Shown here: positions 1 through 8,752 of the stretch, piece by piece | Layout of the letters: each line of letters begins with the position of its first letter | Position numbering within the stretch: position 1 is the stretch's first letter | Assembly (NCBI GenBank): GCA_963743855.1 | Contig: CAVURK010000004.1 | Coordinates: forward strand, 119,347-183,346 | Reading direction: 5' to 3' | Source: an uncultured Chloroflexia bacterium | GTDB taxonomy: Bacteria; Chloroflexota; Limnocylindria; Limnocylindrales; CSP1-4 | Length of the DNA: 64,000 nucleotides | Notes under the pieces: generated by a model | Database searches by the model: none | Seen by the model: only the letters and a program-made list of their open reading frames with translations | Told to the model about the DNA's origin: nothing | Program-made: the position numbers and the translations under genes

Positions 1-83
1 CCGGTACCCTGCCGGCCAGGCAAGCTTCGCGTCAGGATCCGATCGATGCACTTCGCTATGAGTAGCCGGCAAGCAGGTATCGG

Positions 84-705
84 GTGCGAACCATGACTGG
101 CCTGAGAGAGCGGAAGCGCGAAGCGACGCGCGTTGCGATCGAGAGGGCCGCCCTGGCCCTCTTCCTCGAACACGGCTACGACGCGGTGACCGTCGACATG
201 ATCTGCGCTGAGGCGATGGTGTCGCAGCGCACGTTCTTCAACTACTTCGGCACAAAGGAAGGCGTGCTCCTCGGGGGCACGCCTCCCTTCCCGGATGACG
301 AAGCGATCGCGGCCTTCGTCCATGGCCACGGCTCCGAGTGCCCTGGAGGGATTCATCGGGCTGATCCTCACCGCCATGACCGGCTATGAGCACGACCTTG
401 AGCTCGAGCGCTCCCGGGCCCAGGTCATGCAGCGGAACCCCGAACTCGCGGTCCGCGTGCTCGACCGCTTCAGGGACCAAGAGGATCGGGCTGTGGGCAT
501 CCTGCTCGAGAGGTTCTCGGTCGAGGGCCGAACGGTGGACGACGAGCCCGACCTGGAGGACCAGGCCCGCATGACGGTCGCACTGGCGATCGCCGCACTG
601 GTCTTCAGCATGGGCAAGCGTCGTCGCAGCCCGACAGGCTCGGGCGATGCCGATGCCGTTGCCTCCACGGTCGTGGCCATGATCCGACGCGTCAGCACGG
701 CTTAG
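84..705 (+). pseudogene. TetR/AcrR-family transcriptional regulator; reading frame broken as assembled
   Basis: ORF 84..389 carries the TetR HTH ([44 protein letters not shown]) and then degenerates into His/Arg-rich sequence. The frame of ORF 295..705 continues with a plausible helical ligand-binding domain ([36 protein letters not shown]...). The frame switch lies near 335-350. Confidence 0.75.
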
Positions 706-781
706 AAGCGCACCCTGGATAGGTACGCGGCCGCCGACGCGGCATCTACTCCACGCACCATGTCCCAACCATCGGAGGACC

Positions 782-1610
782 ATGCGGGACAAGCCGAGGC
801 AATTCGCGCCGGAATATGGCGCGCAATTCCAGGACCAGAGTGTCGCGGCGGCCTATCCCAACCGACCGCCCTATCCCGCCGAGGTGTTCACAGTCCTGCG
901 TGGGTTGATCACGGACGCACCCCGGACGGTCCTCGATGTCGGTTGCGGCACAGGGGATATCGCGAGGCGGCTTGGCCCACTGGTCGAGCGGGTCGACGCG
1001 GTCGATGTCTCGGCCGCGATGATCGCGCGGGGACGCCGAGAGGCGGGCGGCGATGCCTCGAACCTGCGGTGGGTGCGATCGTCGGTCGAGGAAGCGGCAC
1101 TGGCCCCGCCGTACGCCCTGATCACCGCCGGCGAGAGCCTCCACTGGTTCGCCTGGGATGTCGTCTTCCGGCGGTTCGCCGAGGTGCTGTCGCCGCACGG
1201 TGCCCTGGCGATCATCGACCGTGACTGGGATCTCTCGTCGGAAGTCCGGCGGCGACTCTCTCCCGATCATCGGCCGGTTTTCGACGAATCGGGAGTTTCG
1301 GCCATTCGATCTCCCGGCCGAGCTGACGTCGCGCGGCCTCTTCAAGCAGGAGGGCCAACACCGGATCGGCCCCGTGTCCTGGCGCCCGACGATCGCCGAG
1401 TACATCGAGTGCCGTCACTCACAGAACGGCCTCTCGCGGCAGAGGATGGGAAACACAGCCGCCGCTGCATTCGATGCAGAGACGCGCGCGGCGTTGCTGG
1501 ATCTCTGCCAAGTCGGGGCGCTCGAGCTGCGCGATGACCGGCTCGTCCTTGCGGTCGCAGCCACGATCACCTGGGGTCGACCGTCCGATCGAAACCTCCG
1601 GGAGCTCTGA
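782..1610 (+). pseudogene. Class I SAM-dependent methyltransferase; frameshifted near 1255-1262
   Basis: SAM-binding motif VLDVGCGTGDIARRL and ALITAGESLHWF lie in the ORF 782..1537 frame. The C-terminal part (LPIIGRFSTNREFRPFDLPAELTSRGLFKQEG...ATITWGRPS) continues in the ORF 1158..1610 frame. Confidence 0.7.
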
Positions 1611-1625
1611 GCGAGGCGGAGAAGG

Positions 1626-2279
1626 TCAGGTGATCGGCCGCTCGTAGATCTCGAGCTGCCAAACCGTCGTCGTCCGGTGCATGCGTTTCACGAGGCCGTG
1701 GGCGGCAAGGATGCTCTCGACCTCGGTTGTGCGATGGATGTACGTGCGAAATGGCGACCGCAACAGACGGAACCGTCCGTTCTCGAGCATCGTGCCGAGC
1801 CGGCCAAGCCACGTGTCACGCGGGTAGACGAGGCCGTAGCGGTGACGCGCGAGGGTCGCCGAGCGACCGACGAGCTCGACCATATCCCCGTAGCAGCAGA
1901 TGACCCGATCGAGTGCGACAAGGTCAGCGGGTTGGACCCGATCCGCGAGCGTGACGAAGTCTCCGGTGAGGTACTCGACGCGATCGCCGTGGCCCTGCCG
2001 TTCGGCCTCCTCGTGAGCGACGGATACATACGCACGCGACGCGTCGATATCGACTGCGGTGGCGGCTCCCGATCGCAGGAGCTCGTGGTGGACCGCGCCA
2101 ACGCCACCGCCGATGTCGAGCACCGTGCGCCCGTCGACCCCGCCGGCGGCCAGGCCATCGATCAGCGCGCGTGTCAGGCCCGTTGGACCATTCCGACGGT
2201 AGGCGCGCAGACGCTCGGCCGCATGGCGAGCGTCGAATTGACGATCGAATGGAGAGTCCCCGGGTGAGCAGCAGGCCAT
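1626..2279 (-). CDS. SAM-dependent methyltransferase
   Basis: 217-aa ORF with glycine-rich SAM motif VLDIGGGVGAVHHELL followed by AVDID. Codon third positions are strongly G/C, as in neighbouring genes. Confidence 0.75.
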   Translation of the reverse strand: MACCSPGDSPFDRQFDARHAAERLRAYRRNGPTGLTRALIDGLAAGGVDGRTVLDIGGGVGAVHHELLRSGAATAVDIDASRAYVSVAHEEAERQGHGDRVEYLTGDFVTLADRVQPADLVALDRVICCYGDMVELVGRSATLARHRYGLVYPRDTWLGRLGTMLENGRFRLLRSPFRTYIHRTTEVESILAAHGLVKRMHRTTTVWQLEIYERPIT

Positions 2280-2300
2280 GGCATCGATCGTAGCAAGCGC

Positions 2301-2684
2301 TCAGGCATCGGGCGCCCGGCGCAGGCGCTCCAGCTCGCGGCGCAGGCGCTTGCTCGGCCGGCCCTCCCCTCGGACGCGCGCGATCGCCGGCCCGGCCTGC
2401 GGCACGACGGGCGGGCTGTGGTCCACGTAGCAGGTGGCGGCGATGGCGGCCCCGACTCGCGACTCGATCGGCTGCACGACCTCGACGATGCGCTCGCGAT
2501 CGGCGATGAGCGCCTCCACCCGATCGCCGGCTCGTACCTTCGTCGACGGCTTCGCTGGGGATCCATTGACGAGAACGTGGCCACCCTCGCATAACCGGGT
2601 CGCGAGCGGGCGCGTCTTCACGAGACGCACCGCGCACAACCAGCGATCGACACGCGTCTCGTCGGTCGCGAGGGGAGCAGTCAC
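2301..2684 (-). CDS. S4-domain RNA-binding protein (Hsp15/HslR-like)
   Basis: S4 motif RVDRWLCAVRLVKTRPLATRLCEGGHVLVNGSPAKPSTKVRAGDRV. Start placed at GTG 2684; the longest ORF reaches 2753 but would overlap the carbonic anhydrase gene. Confidence 0.7.
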   Translation of the reverse strand: MTAPLATDETRVDRWLCAVRLVKTRPLATRLCEGGHVLVNGSPAKPSTKVRAGDRVEALIADRERIVEVVQPIESRVGAAIAATCYVDHSPPVVPQAGPAIARVRGEGRPSKRLRRELERLRRAPDA

Positions 2685-2724
2685 GCGTCCTAGGATGGCA
2701 CGGCTCACACGGGTCAGGACCCCG

Positions 2725-3306
2725 TCAGGCAGCCCGACCGACGGCCGTCGCATCGGGGACTTCGATCAGTCGCCCCGTCCGAACGTCGTACACGTAGCCG
2801 TAGATCGCGATGCTGGCCGGGACGAGCGGATGGTTCCGGATGCGCCTGACGTCGTCGGCGACGCTGCCGGTCTGGTCAGCGATGCACAGCCAGTCGATGT
2901 TGGCGGCCTCGGCCGAGCCCGGGCCGGCCCCAATGTCGTAGAAGCCGTCGGGGCCCAGCGCCGCCGTTTCAAGGCTGTTGGCCAAGAGGTCACTGATGAC
3001 CTCATTAGTGAAGAACTCCATCCCGCAGTCGGTGTGGTGGATGACGAACCACTCGGCCGTGCCGAGGAGCTTGTACGAGATGACGAGGGAACGGATGGCG
3101 TCGTCGCTGGCTCGGCCGCCTGCGTTGCGGATGACATGGGCATCGCCCTCGCGGAGGCCGGCGTATTTGGCGGGGTCGAGTCGGGCATCCATGCAGGTAA
3201 GGATGGCGAAGCGTCGTGCCGGCGGGAGAGCGAGCTCTGCTTTGGCGCCGAAGGTCTCGGCGTAGGCGGCGTTGGCGGCGAGGACTTCATCGTGGATCGT
3301 CGACAT
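2725..3306 (-). CDS. Beta-class carbonic anhydrase
   Basis: Zinc-ligand motifs CMDARL and HHTDCG. Start at ATG 3306 ([15 protein letters not shown]); the longest ORF extends to 3336. Confidence 0.85.
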   Translation of the reverse strand: MSTIHDEVLAANAAYAETFGAKAELALPPARRFAILTCMDARLDPAKYAGLREGDAHVIRNAGGRASDDAIRSLVISYKLLGTAEWFVIHHTDCGMEFFTNEVISDLLANSLETAALGPDGFYDIGAGPGSAEAANIDWLCIADQTGSVADDVRRIRNHPLVPASIAIYGYVYDVRTGRLIEVPDATAVGRAA

Positions 3307-3354
3307 GGCGAGATGTCTCCTCTGCGCTGAGATCAAGGAAAGAGGGAGCGCGGG

Positions 3355-3876
3355 TCAGGCCCGGACGAGTTGGACGTCGAGGACCGCAGGTCGCTCGAGC
3401 GTGTTGCCGACGGGCGAGGTCCGGAAGACGTGGTCATGGAGGGCATCGACGTCGGCCTGCGACGCATCGGATGTCAGGTACACCTTGGCGTCGACGTGCT
3501 CGTACCCGGCGTGGCCGTCCTTGAGGCCGAAGAACACGGGCAGATCGATGTTCCCGACGAGCTCGATCCGCAGGTCGTCGATGGTGATGCCACGGGCGAC
3601 CGCCCCGGCGGTATATCCGATGGCGAGGCAGCTGCCGAGGGCTCCGAGGATCTGTTCCACCGGGTTGGACGCGGTGTTCGTCCCCCCAAGGATCTCGGGT
3701 TCGTCGGCGAAGGTCGGTGGCAGATCACGGACATGGATCTCATTGCGAAAGCCGCCCCGCCAGTGGACCTCGGCGCGGAACGGGGTGCCCTCAACTGGGG
3801 CGGCGGCTTGGAGCTGCTGGGCGAAGGCCAGCACGGCGCTCGTGTTCACGCCGTTGGGCAGAGTCTCGGTCGTCAT
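3355..3876 (-). CDS. OsmC/Ohr-family protein (peroxiredoxin-like)
   Basis: OsmC-like core GGTNTASNPVEQILGALGSCLAIGYTAG. ATG 3876 is preceded by AGGAGA. The upstream extension to 4107 is Pro/Arg-rich and implausible. Confidence 0.75.
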   Translation of the reverse strand: MTTETLPNGVNTSAVLAFAQQLQAAAPVEGTPFRAEVHWRGGFRNEIHVRDLPPTFADEPEILGGTNTASNPVEQILGALGSCLAIGYTAGAVARGITIDDLRIELVGNIDLPVFFGLKDGHAGYEHVDAKVYLTSDASQADVDALHDHVFRTSPVGNTLERPAVLDVQLVRA

Positions 3877-3987
3877 CGATTGGGTCTCCTGGGGGGCGAG
3901 CCGTTCCGGCTCTGGAGGTGGAGCTCGATGCGGTCCCGCTCGCGGTGCGGGGTCGGCGGCGCACCAGGGAGACCGTTGGGACACAGA

Positions 3988-4012
3988 AAAGCCGCAGTCG
4001 TTGGACTGCGGC
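3988..4012 (-). terminator. Intrinsic-terminator-like hairpin upstream of osmC-family gene
   Basis: Minus strand reads GCCGCAGTC-CAAC-GACTGCGGC followed by TTTTCTGTG: a 9-bp GC-rich stem, a 4-nt loop and a T-run. It lies about 110-135 nt upstream of the ATG at 3876 on the same strand. Confidence 0.45.
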
Positions 4013-4338
4013 CCCGGGACCGGCGGTGAGACTCCGCGCGCCGTCCTGATCAGATGACGCGGACCTATCGCCCTGTGTCCCCTCCTTGGGGCCGCCAGGG
4101 CATACACATCTCGCCAAGTCGAGGGAGTGTCATGGCCCGACTGTACCGAGTCGAGAAGGGAATGTCTACTATTTCGGTAGGGTTAGTTCCGTTTCTGTCT
4201 CAAACGGCGCGGACACGACCGACTGCGACCACGGAGGCGACAGGGCGCGGTGTTCGGGTGAACATCGGCGCGGCGGTACCGCTACGCTCCCGATGGCCTC
4301 GTCGCCTTGTCTGTCCGGGGTTTCAGCGAAACTGAGGG

Positions 4339-5079
4339 ATGGAGCGCGTGAACGAAATCCCATCGAGCCCAGGCGAACAGCTGCCCGCGAGGTCACCCCG
4401 CGCCGTCTCCGAGTCAGCACCGGCCGCCCCGCTCAACGAACTCGACGATCCCGGACTCCTCGCCATCCTCTCCCAGGAACACGCCGGCCTGCTGGCGACC
4501 CGGTCGCTGACCTGGACGGAGTCGTTCAGCCGGGCCGCGTTGTTCCTTTCCACCTTGTCAGCGGCTGTGATCGTCCTCGGCCTCGTCGGTCCGGCGACGC
4601 AGTTCGGACCCGAGTTCTTTGCCTTCGCGCTCGTCCTCCTGCCTGTCGCTCTGTTCGTCGGGGTGGCGACCTTCCTCAGGATCGACGAGGGCAACCGTGA
4701 GGACATCTTCTGGGTCGCCGGCATGAACCGGATCCGCCAGGCATATGTCCGGATGCGGCCCGCTGCGGCGCCCTTCCTGATCCTTGGCACGACCGACGAT
4801 GTGCCCGGCATCACGCGGTCATTCGGCCCGCTCGCCGGGACGTACACATTCGCCCACTTCTACGTGACGATCCCGGGGATGATCGCGGTCATCGATGGCG
4901 TCCTCGCCGGAGCGATCGCAGGCATGGCCACGACGTTCACCGGCGCGTCGATCGCGGTGCTGATCGCCGTCGGGGCGACGGTTGGCGTCGCCACCGCGTT
5001 CCTGCTGGCCCGGGTCTCTCAGCGCGGATTCATGCGGTTGATGGAGACCGAGAAGCCGGCGTTTCCCTCAGAGCCATGA
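4339..5079 (+). CDS. Hypothetical integral membrane protein
   Basis: 246-aa ORF with several hydrophobic spans (ALFLSTLSAAVIVLGLVGP, FFAFALVLLPVALFVGVATFL, MIAVIDGVLAGAIAGMATTF, IAVLIAVGATVGVATAFLL). ATG is preceded by GAGGG. No recognisable family. Confidence 0.55.
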   Translation: MERVNEIPSSPGEQLPARSPRAVSESAPAAPLNELDDPGLLAILSQEHAGLLATRSLTWTESFSRAALFLSTLSAAVIVLGLVGPATQFGPEFFAFALVLLPVALFVGVATFLRIDEGNREDIFWVAGMNRIRQAYVRMRPAAAPFLILGTTDDVPGITRSFGPLAGTYTFAHFYVTIPGMIAVIDGVLAGAIAGMATTFTGASIAVLIAVGATVGVATAFLLARVSQRGFMRLMETEKPAFPSEP

Positions 5080-5309
5080 CCAGAGCGCTCCCCTGCTGCG
5101 CGCGCGGGAGCTGGAGCGCACGGTTGGCCTAGTTCTATCGATTTCGCCCGATGGGCGAATCGGGCAATAGCTAGACGGTGCCGGTTCGGCAGAAGGTCAG
5201 GGCGCTCAACCGAACCTACGCGTCCTGACCACGTCTCGTGGTCGGCCGCACACCGACGCTGACCTCGCGATCGTGACTCCACGTCGCCATCAGCCGCACG
5301 TGGGAAACC

Positions 5310-6734
5310 GTGACGTCGATCCGCCGCCCTTCCCTGACGCTGGCCTTGCTAGCCGCCGCTCTGCTGATGACCGTCGTCGTTCCGACCGCGGATGCGCGGA
5401 TGCCACGAGCGCGGGCATATCACGCCGGCCGCGCGATCACCCTGGACACGAACCTGTTGTCGGTGAGTGGGGCATCGGCCTGGGCGATCGACGAGTACCT
5501 GAAGGCGAAGACGTCGCTGCCCCCGCTCGGGATCGCCTTCGTCGCGGCGGAGAAGCGATACGGGGTCAACGCCCGCTTCCTCCTGGCAGCCGCCATGCAC
5601 GAGTCGTCCTGGGGAACTGCCTACATCTCGCGAAAGAGGCACAACCTCTTCGGCTATAACGCCTATGACCGCGGCCCGCTCCGCTTTGCGACCGCCTTCG
5701 CGTCGTATGCGGCGGGCATCGATGCCACGGCGAGGTTCATCAAGGAGTCGTACCTGACGCGCGGTGGTCGCTGGTGGGGAGGGCGGCCGACCCTGCGGAG
5801 CATGCAACAGTTCTGGTCCTCGTCACACCGCTGGGGGATCGGCGTGAGCCGGATCGCGACCGCGATCCATCTTCAGTCCCTGGCTCGTCGGTCGATCAGG
5901 TTCGCCGCGCCGGCCGTCGACGGTCCGCTCAACGGCCAGAGCCAGGCTTCGGTCCGTCTCACGTGGACCGGCGGCGCCATCCCGGCGGGGGTCGGCTTCG
6001 TCGCCACCTGGAGAACGATCGCGCTCGATTCGGAGGTCGTCGCCGGGCCACTCGTGCCTCCCGTTCCGTCGGGGCCGGGGCTCCTCGATGGCATGACGCT
6101 TCAGGGTGGCTCCGCCAGCCTGTCGCCGGTGGCTCCGGTGCCGAGCGCCCCGGAACCGGCCGGCCCGACGCGCGTCACGGCGCGCCGGATCCGAACCGAG
6201 GCACGCGCGATCACGATCAATGTGCCGGCGCCGCGTGAGCCCGGAAGGTACCAGCTCGATGTCGACATGCTCGATACGGGCGGTCGTCCGCTGCCTGCTG
6301 CCGACGTGGTCGAGATCCCGAGCGTCGAGGTCCGGGTGTGGAGCGATCGAGCCGTGACGTACGACCTCGCCCCGACTCTCGATGGCACGGGAGTCGTCGT
6401 CCGGGTCACGAACACGGGGCTCGTCGCGATCCCAGCCGTGCAAGACAGGAACTCGTCCGCGTCCCGCGATCCCGACGCAAGGATTGTGCGGTCGGTCGTC
6501 ACCCTGACCGCATCGACGAATGACCCGACGAACCCGTCGCCGGTTCGGCTCCTCGAAACGCCGCTCGTCAGCGACCTGCTACCGGGCGCCTCGGTCAGCT
6601 TCGACGTGCGTGAGATCGCCGCCAAGTCCGGCCGGACCGCGAACTGGCTGTCGGTCCACCTGAGCGTCCTCAGCGACCCGACGTGGCTCGAAACGCATTC
6701 GCCGGCCGACGCCTGGTTCTGGGGTGCGGAATAG
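5310..6734 (+). CDS. Secreted peptidoglycan hydrolase with glucosaminidase (LytD/FlgJ-type) domain
   Basis: Signal peptide LTLALLAAALLMTVVVPTADA, then GVNARFLLAAAMHESSWGTAYISRKRHNLFGYNAYD, typical of mannosyl-glycoprotein endo-beta-N-acetylglucosaminidase domains. The C-terminal ~290 aa are beta-rich and unassigned. Confidence 0.7.
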   Translation: MTSIRRPSLTLALLAAALLMTVVVPTADARMPRARAYHAGRAITLDTNLLSVSGASAWAIDEYLKAKTSLPPLGIAFVAAEKRYGVNARFLLAAAMHESSWGTAYISRKRHNLFGYNAYDRGPLRFATAFASYAAGIDATARFIKESYLTRGGRWWGGRPTLRSMQQFWSSSHRWGIGVSRIATAIHLQSLARRSIRFAAPAVDGPLNGQSQASVRLTWTGGAIPAGVGFVATWRTIALDSEVVAGPLVPPVPSGPGLLDGMTLQGGSASLSPVAPVPSAPEPAGPTRVTARRIRTEARAITINVPAPREPGRYQLDVDMLDTGGRPLPAADVVEIPSVEVRVWSDRAVTYDLAPTLDGTGVVVRVTNTGLVAIPAVQDRNSSASRDPDARIVRSVVTLTASTNDPTNPSPVRLLETPLVSDLLPGASVSFDVREIAAKSGRTANWLSVHLSVLSDPTWLETHSPADAWFWGAE

Positions 6735-6910
6735 GACGGCTATTCGCCCGTCGCCGCCCAGTGAGGGCGTACACCAGTCCCGGCTACGGCATTCGACCGT
6801 ATCAACGCGATGGGACTTGACCTCGTGATACACCCGAGCGCCGAAGCGGAACGCTACGGCTGGTCCGAAGCCTTCGGCTCCGAGCCTCTGGTGTATTCGA
6901 TTAGTCGTTC

Positions 6911-6987
<77 letters not shown>

Positions 6988-7129
6988 ACCGAGGGTGCCC
7001 GTTCACAGGGCTTGGGGATGATAGCGCAAGCCGGTGCTCCGGACACTCGACGTCGTCGCGAAACCACTGCCCAGCCTGAGACGTAGGGTTTTGTGCCAGT
7101 CATTCGCGACCTACCCAGAGGAGATCCTC

Positions 7130-7678
7130 ATGCGATCGACCAACTATCGACACCGAATCAGCGGGCTCGGGGCGATCGGGGGCGTCCTCCTGCTCGTCGC
7201 CGCGTGCAGCAGCGCCGGCGCCACGACCGCGCCGAGTGCCGCCGCAGTCCCGTCATCCGCGCCATCTGCCGCGGCATCCGGTGGGGCGGCCGGAGCCCTC
7301 GCCATCGCCATGGCCACGGGCACCGTCGGCGACTATCTGACAGGCGCGGACGGGAAGACCCTCTACGTCTTCACGGCTGACTCTGCGAACACCAGCACCT
7401 GCACCGACACCTGCGCCCAGACGTGGCCGCCGTTGGTGGTCAGCGGGAGCGCACCGACGCCCGGTGCCGGCGTGACCGGCGCTCTGACGACCTTCGCCCG
7501 GCCCGATGGCACGATGCAGGTCGCGATCAACGGATTCCCGCTCTACTACTACTCGGGCGACACGAAGGCCGGCGACACGACCGGCCAGGGCAAGTTCGGC
7601 AAGTGGTTCGTCGCCTCGCCGACAGGCGCAGCGCCGGCCGGCTCCGCGGCACCGTCCTCGAGCTCCGGGGGCTACTGA
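7130..7678 (+). CDS. Lipoprotein with tandem 'secreted repeat of unknown function' (COG4315-like)
   Basis: Lipobox LLLVAAC. The repeats TLYVFTADSANTSTCTDTCAQTWPP and FPLYYYSGDTKAGDTTGQG are characteristic of this family. ATG 7130 is preceded by GAGGAGA. Confidence 0.7.
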   Translation: MRSTNYRHRISGLGAIGGVLLLVAACSSAGATTAPSAAAVPSSAPSAAASGGAAGALAIAMATGTVGDYLTGADGKTLYVFTADSANTSTCTDTCAQTWPPLVVSGSAPTPGAGVTGALTTFARPDGTMQVAINGFPLYYYSGDTKAGDTTGQGKFGKWFVASPTGAAPAGSAAPSSSSGGY

Positions 7679-7745
7679 GCTCACCCCCGGTCCGAGCAGA
7701 TCAGAACGGCCCCCGCAGTCGCGGGGGCCGTTCGTTGCGTCCTGG

Positions 7746-8738
7746 TCAGCCGGCCGGCGTCAGCCAGACCGGGTAGTCCCGGGTGTCCTCGGGCGTCCCG
7801 TCCTTGGCCGACGGGTTGTACGCGCGAAGGGTCCCCCACTGCGCCTTGGTGACCGTGTACTGCAGTGACGCCGCAAACGTGCCGCGGCAGCCGGACCCAC
7901 ACGTGGCCATGACCTGCTGGTCGAGGATCGACGCGCCGGAAGCATCAAGGATCGCGATCCGGAAGGTCGCCTCGAAGACGTCCGCGTTGCCCGACACCGG
8001 ACCCGGGTTCGACAGTGCGGCGCCGTAGGCCGGCCGGTCGACGAAGATCGCCGGCAGCTGATCGACGTAGTCGGTGCGACCGACCGGCCCATCGAGGACG
8101 ATCCCCTCGCTCCCGAAGACCGTGACCGTCTGGCCCTCGATCTGGAAGACGACCGAACGGACGGTGCTGAACTGGGTCAGCGTGTAGACGACCTGGGCGA
8201 GTCGGTAGTGCATCGAGGCACTCCCGCCTCCCGTGTCGAACTCGGTCGACAGGTTCACGGTCGCGACACCGCTCTTGATCGATATGCCCAGGAGACGGGT
8301 GCCGGTCGGGATCGCGCTGGTGATCGTCCGTTCCCGGGTCGAATCGGGATCGGGGCCGATGAGGAGCGCGGTCATCGCCGCGGTCGCGACGGCGGCGGAC
8401 TTCGGGACGATCCGCAGGACGGGCACGAGACCCGCCGTGCCCGGCTGGCCGCCGAGGACGAAGTAGGCCCGGACGATCATCGTCGCCGTCGGCGTGCCTG
8501 GCGTTGCCGAGGCGCCCGGGTCGTCGCTCGGTCCGTTCGTCGGCTCGTCGGATGGCGCCGACGACGGGCTTGCCGACCCGCTCGGGGCAGGCGTCAGGTC
8601 GGGGCTTGACGGCTCGGCCGACGGGCTCGCGGTCGAGACTGGCGTCGGGACGGCCCCGAGGCCTCCGGTCGAGCCGGTGCAGGCGGCGAGGGCGATGACG
8701 AGCAATCCGGCGAGAACGATGGTCGACGTTCGGTTCAC
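7746..8738 (-). CDS. GerMN + Gmad2-type lipoprotein (short LpqB-like partner of the adjacent two-component system)
   Basis: GTG 8738 gives VNRTSTIVLAGLLVIALAAC (lipobox), a Pro/Ser-rich linker, then a GerMN-like segment (VRAYFVLGG...LVPVLRIVP...ATAAMTALLIGP...ATVNLSTEF) and a Gmad2-like Ig segment (GNADVFEATFRIAILDASG...CGSGCRGTFAASLQY). The track merges it with the kinase into one 823-aa ORF. Confidence 0.75.
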   Translation of the reverse strand: MNRTSTIVLAGLLVIALAACTGSTGGLGAVPTPVSTASPSAEPSSPDLTPAPSGSASPSSAPSDEPTNGPSDDPGASATPGTPTATMIVRAYFVLGGQPGTAGLVPVLRIVPKSAAVATAAMTALLIGPDPDSTRERTITSAIPTGTRLLGISIKSGVATVNLSTEFDTGGGSASMHYRLAQVVYTLTQFSTVRSVVFQIEGQTVTVFGSEGIVLDGPVGRTDYVDQLPAIFVDRPAYGAALSNPGPVSGNADVFEATFRIAILDASGASILDQQVMATCGSGCRGTFAASLQYTVTKAQWGTLRAYNPSAKDGTPEDTRDYPVWLTPAG

Positions 8739-8752
8739 GTGCTGGACTCCGG

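Noticed and set aside
4132-4335. A small ORF (68 aa, MARLYRVEKGMSTISVGLVPFLSQ...) with a GAGGGAG upstream, ending just before the 4339 gene.
   Set aside because: Its first half uses A/T-ending codons (TTA, TCT, ACT, ATT, GTA) atypical for this genome. The rest is Arg/Pro-rich. There is no recognisable motif, so it is more likely untranslated promoter or leader DNA.
5080-5309. A c-di-AMP (ydaO-yuaA) riboswitch upstream of the peptidoglycan hydrolase.
   Set aside because: The context is suggestive, and GGGCGAATC and CCGAACC fragments are present. However, I cannot find the conserved ACCCGAA-CCG-CAGCU-ACCUCG-AAGCG core or the pseudo-symmetric second half. It is kept only as an unclassified structured leader.
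6735-6910. A possible ncRNA or integration scar downstream of tRNA-Pro(CGG). TACACCAG (6770-6777) is complementary to CTGGTGTA (6888-6895), and GCTACGGC occurs twice (6783-6790, 6853-6860).
   Set aside because: The matches are only 8 nt long and could arise by chance in 170 nt of GC-rich DNA. There is no integrase, no duplicated tRNA 3' end and no compositional break nearby.
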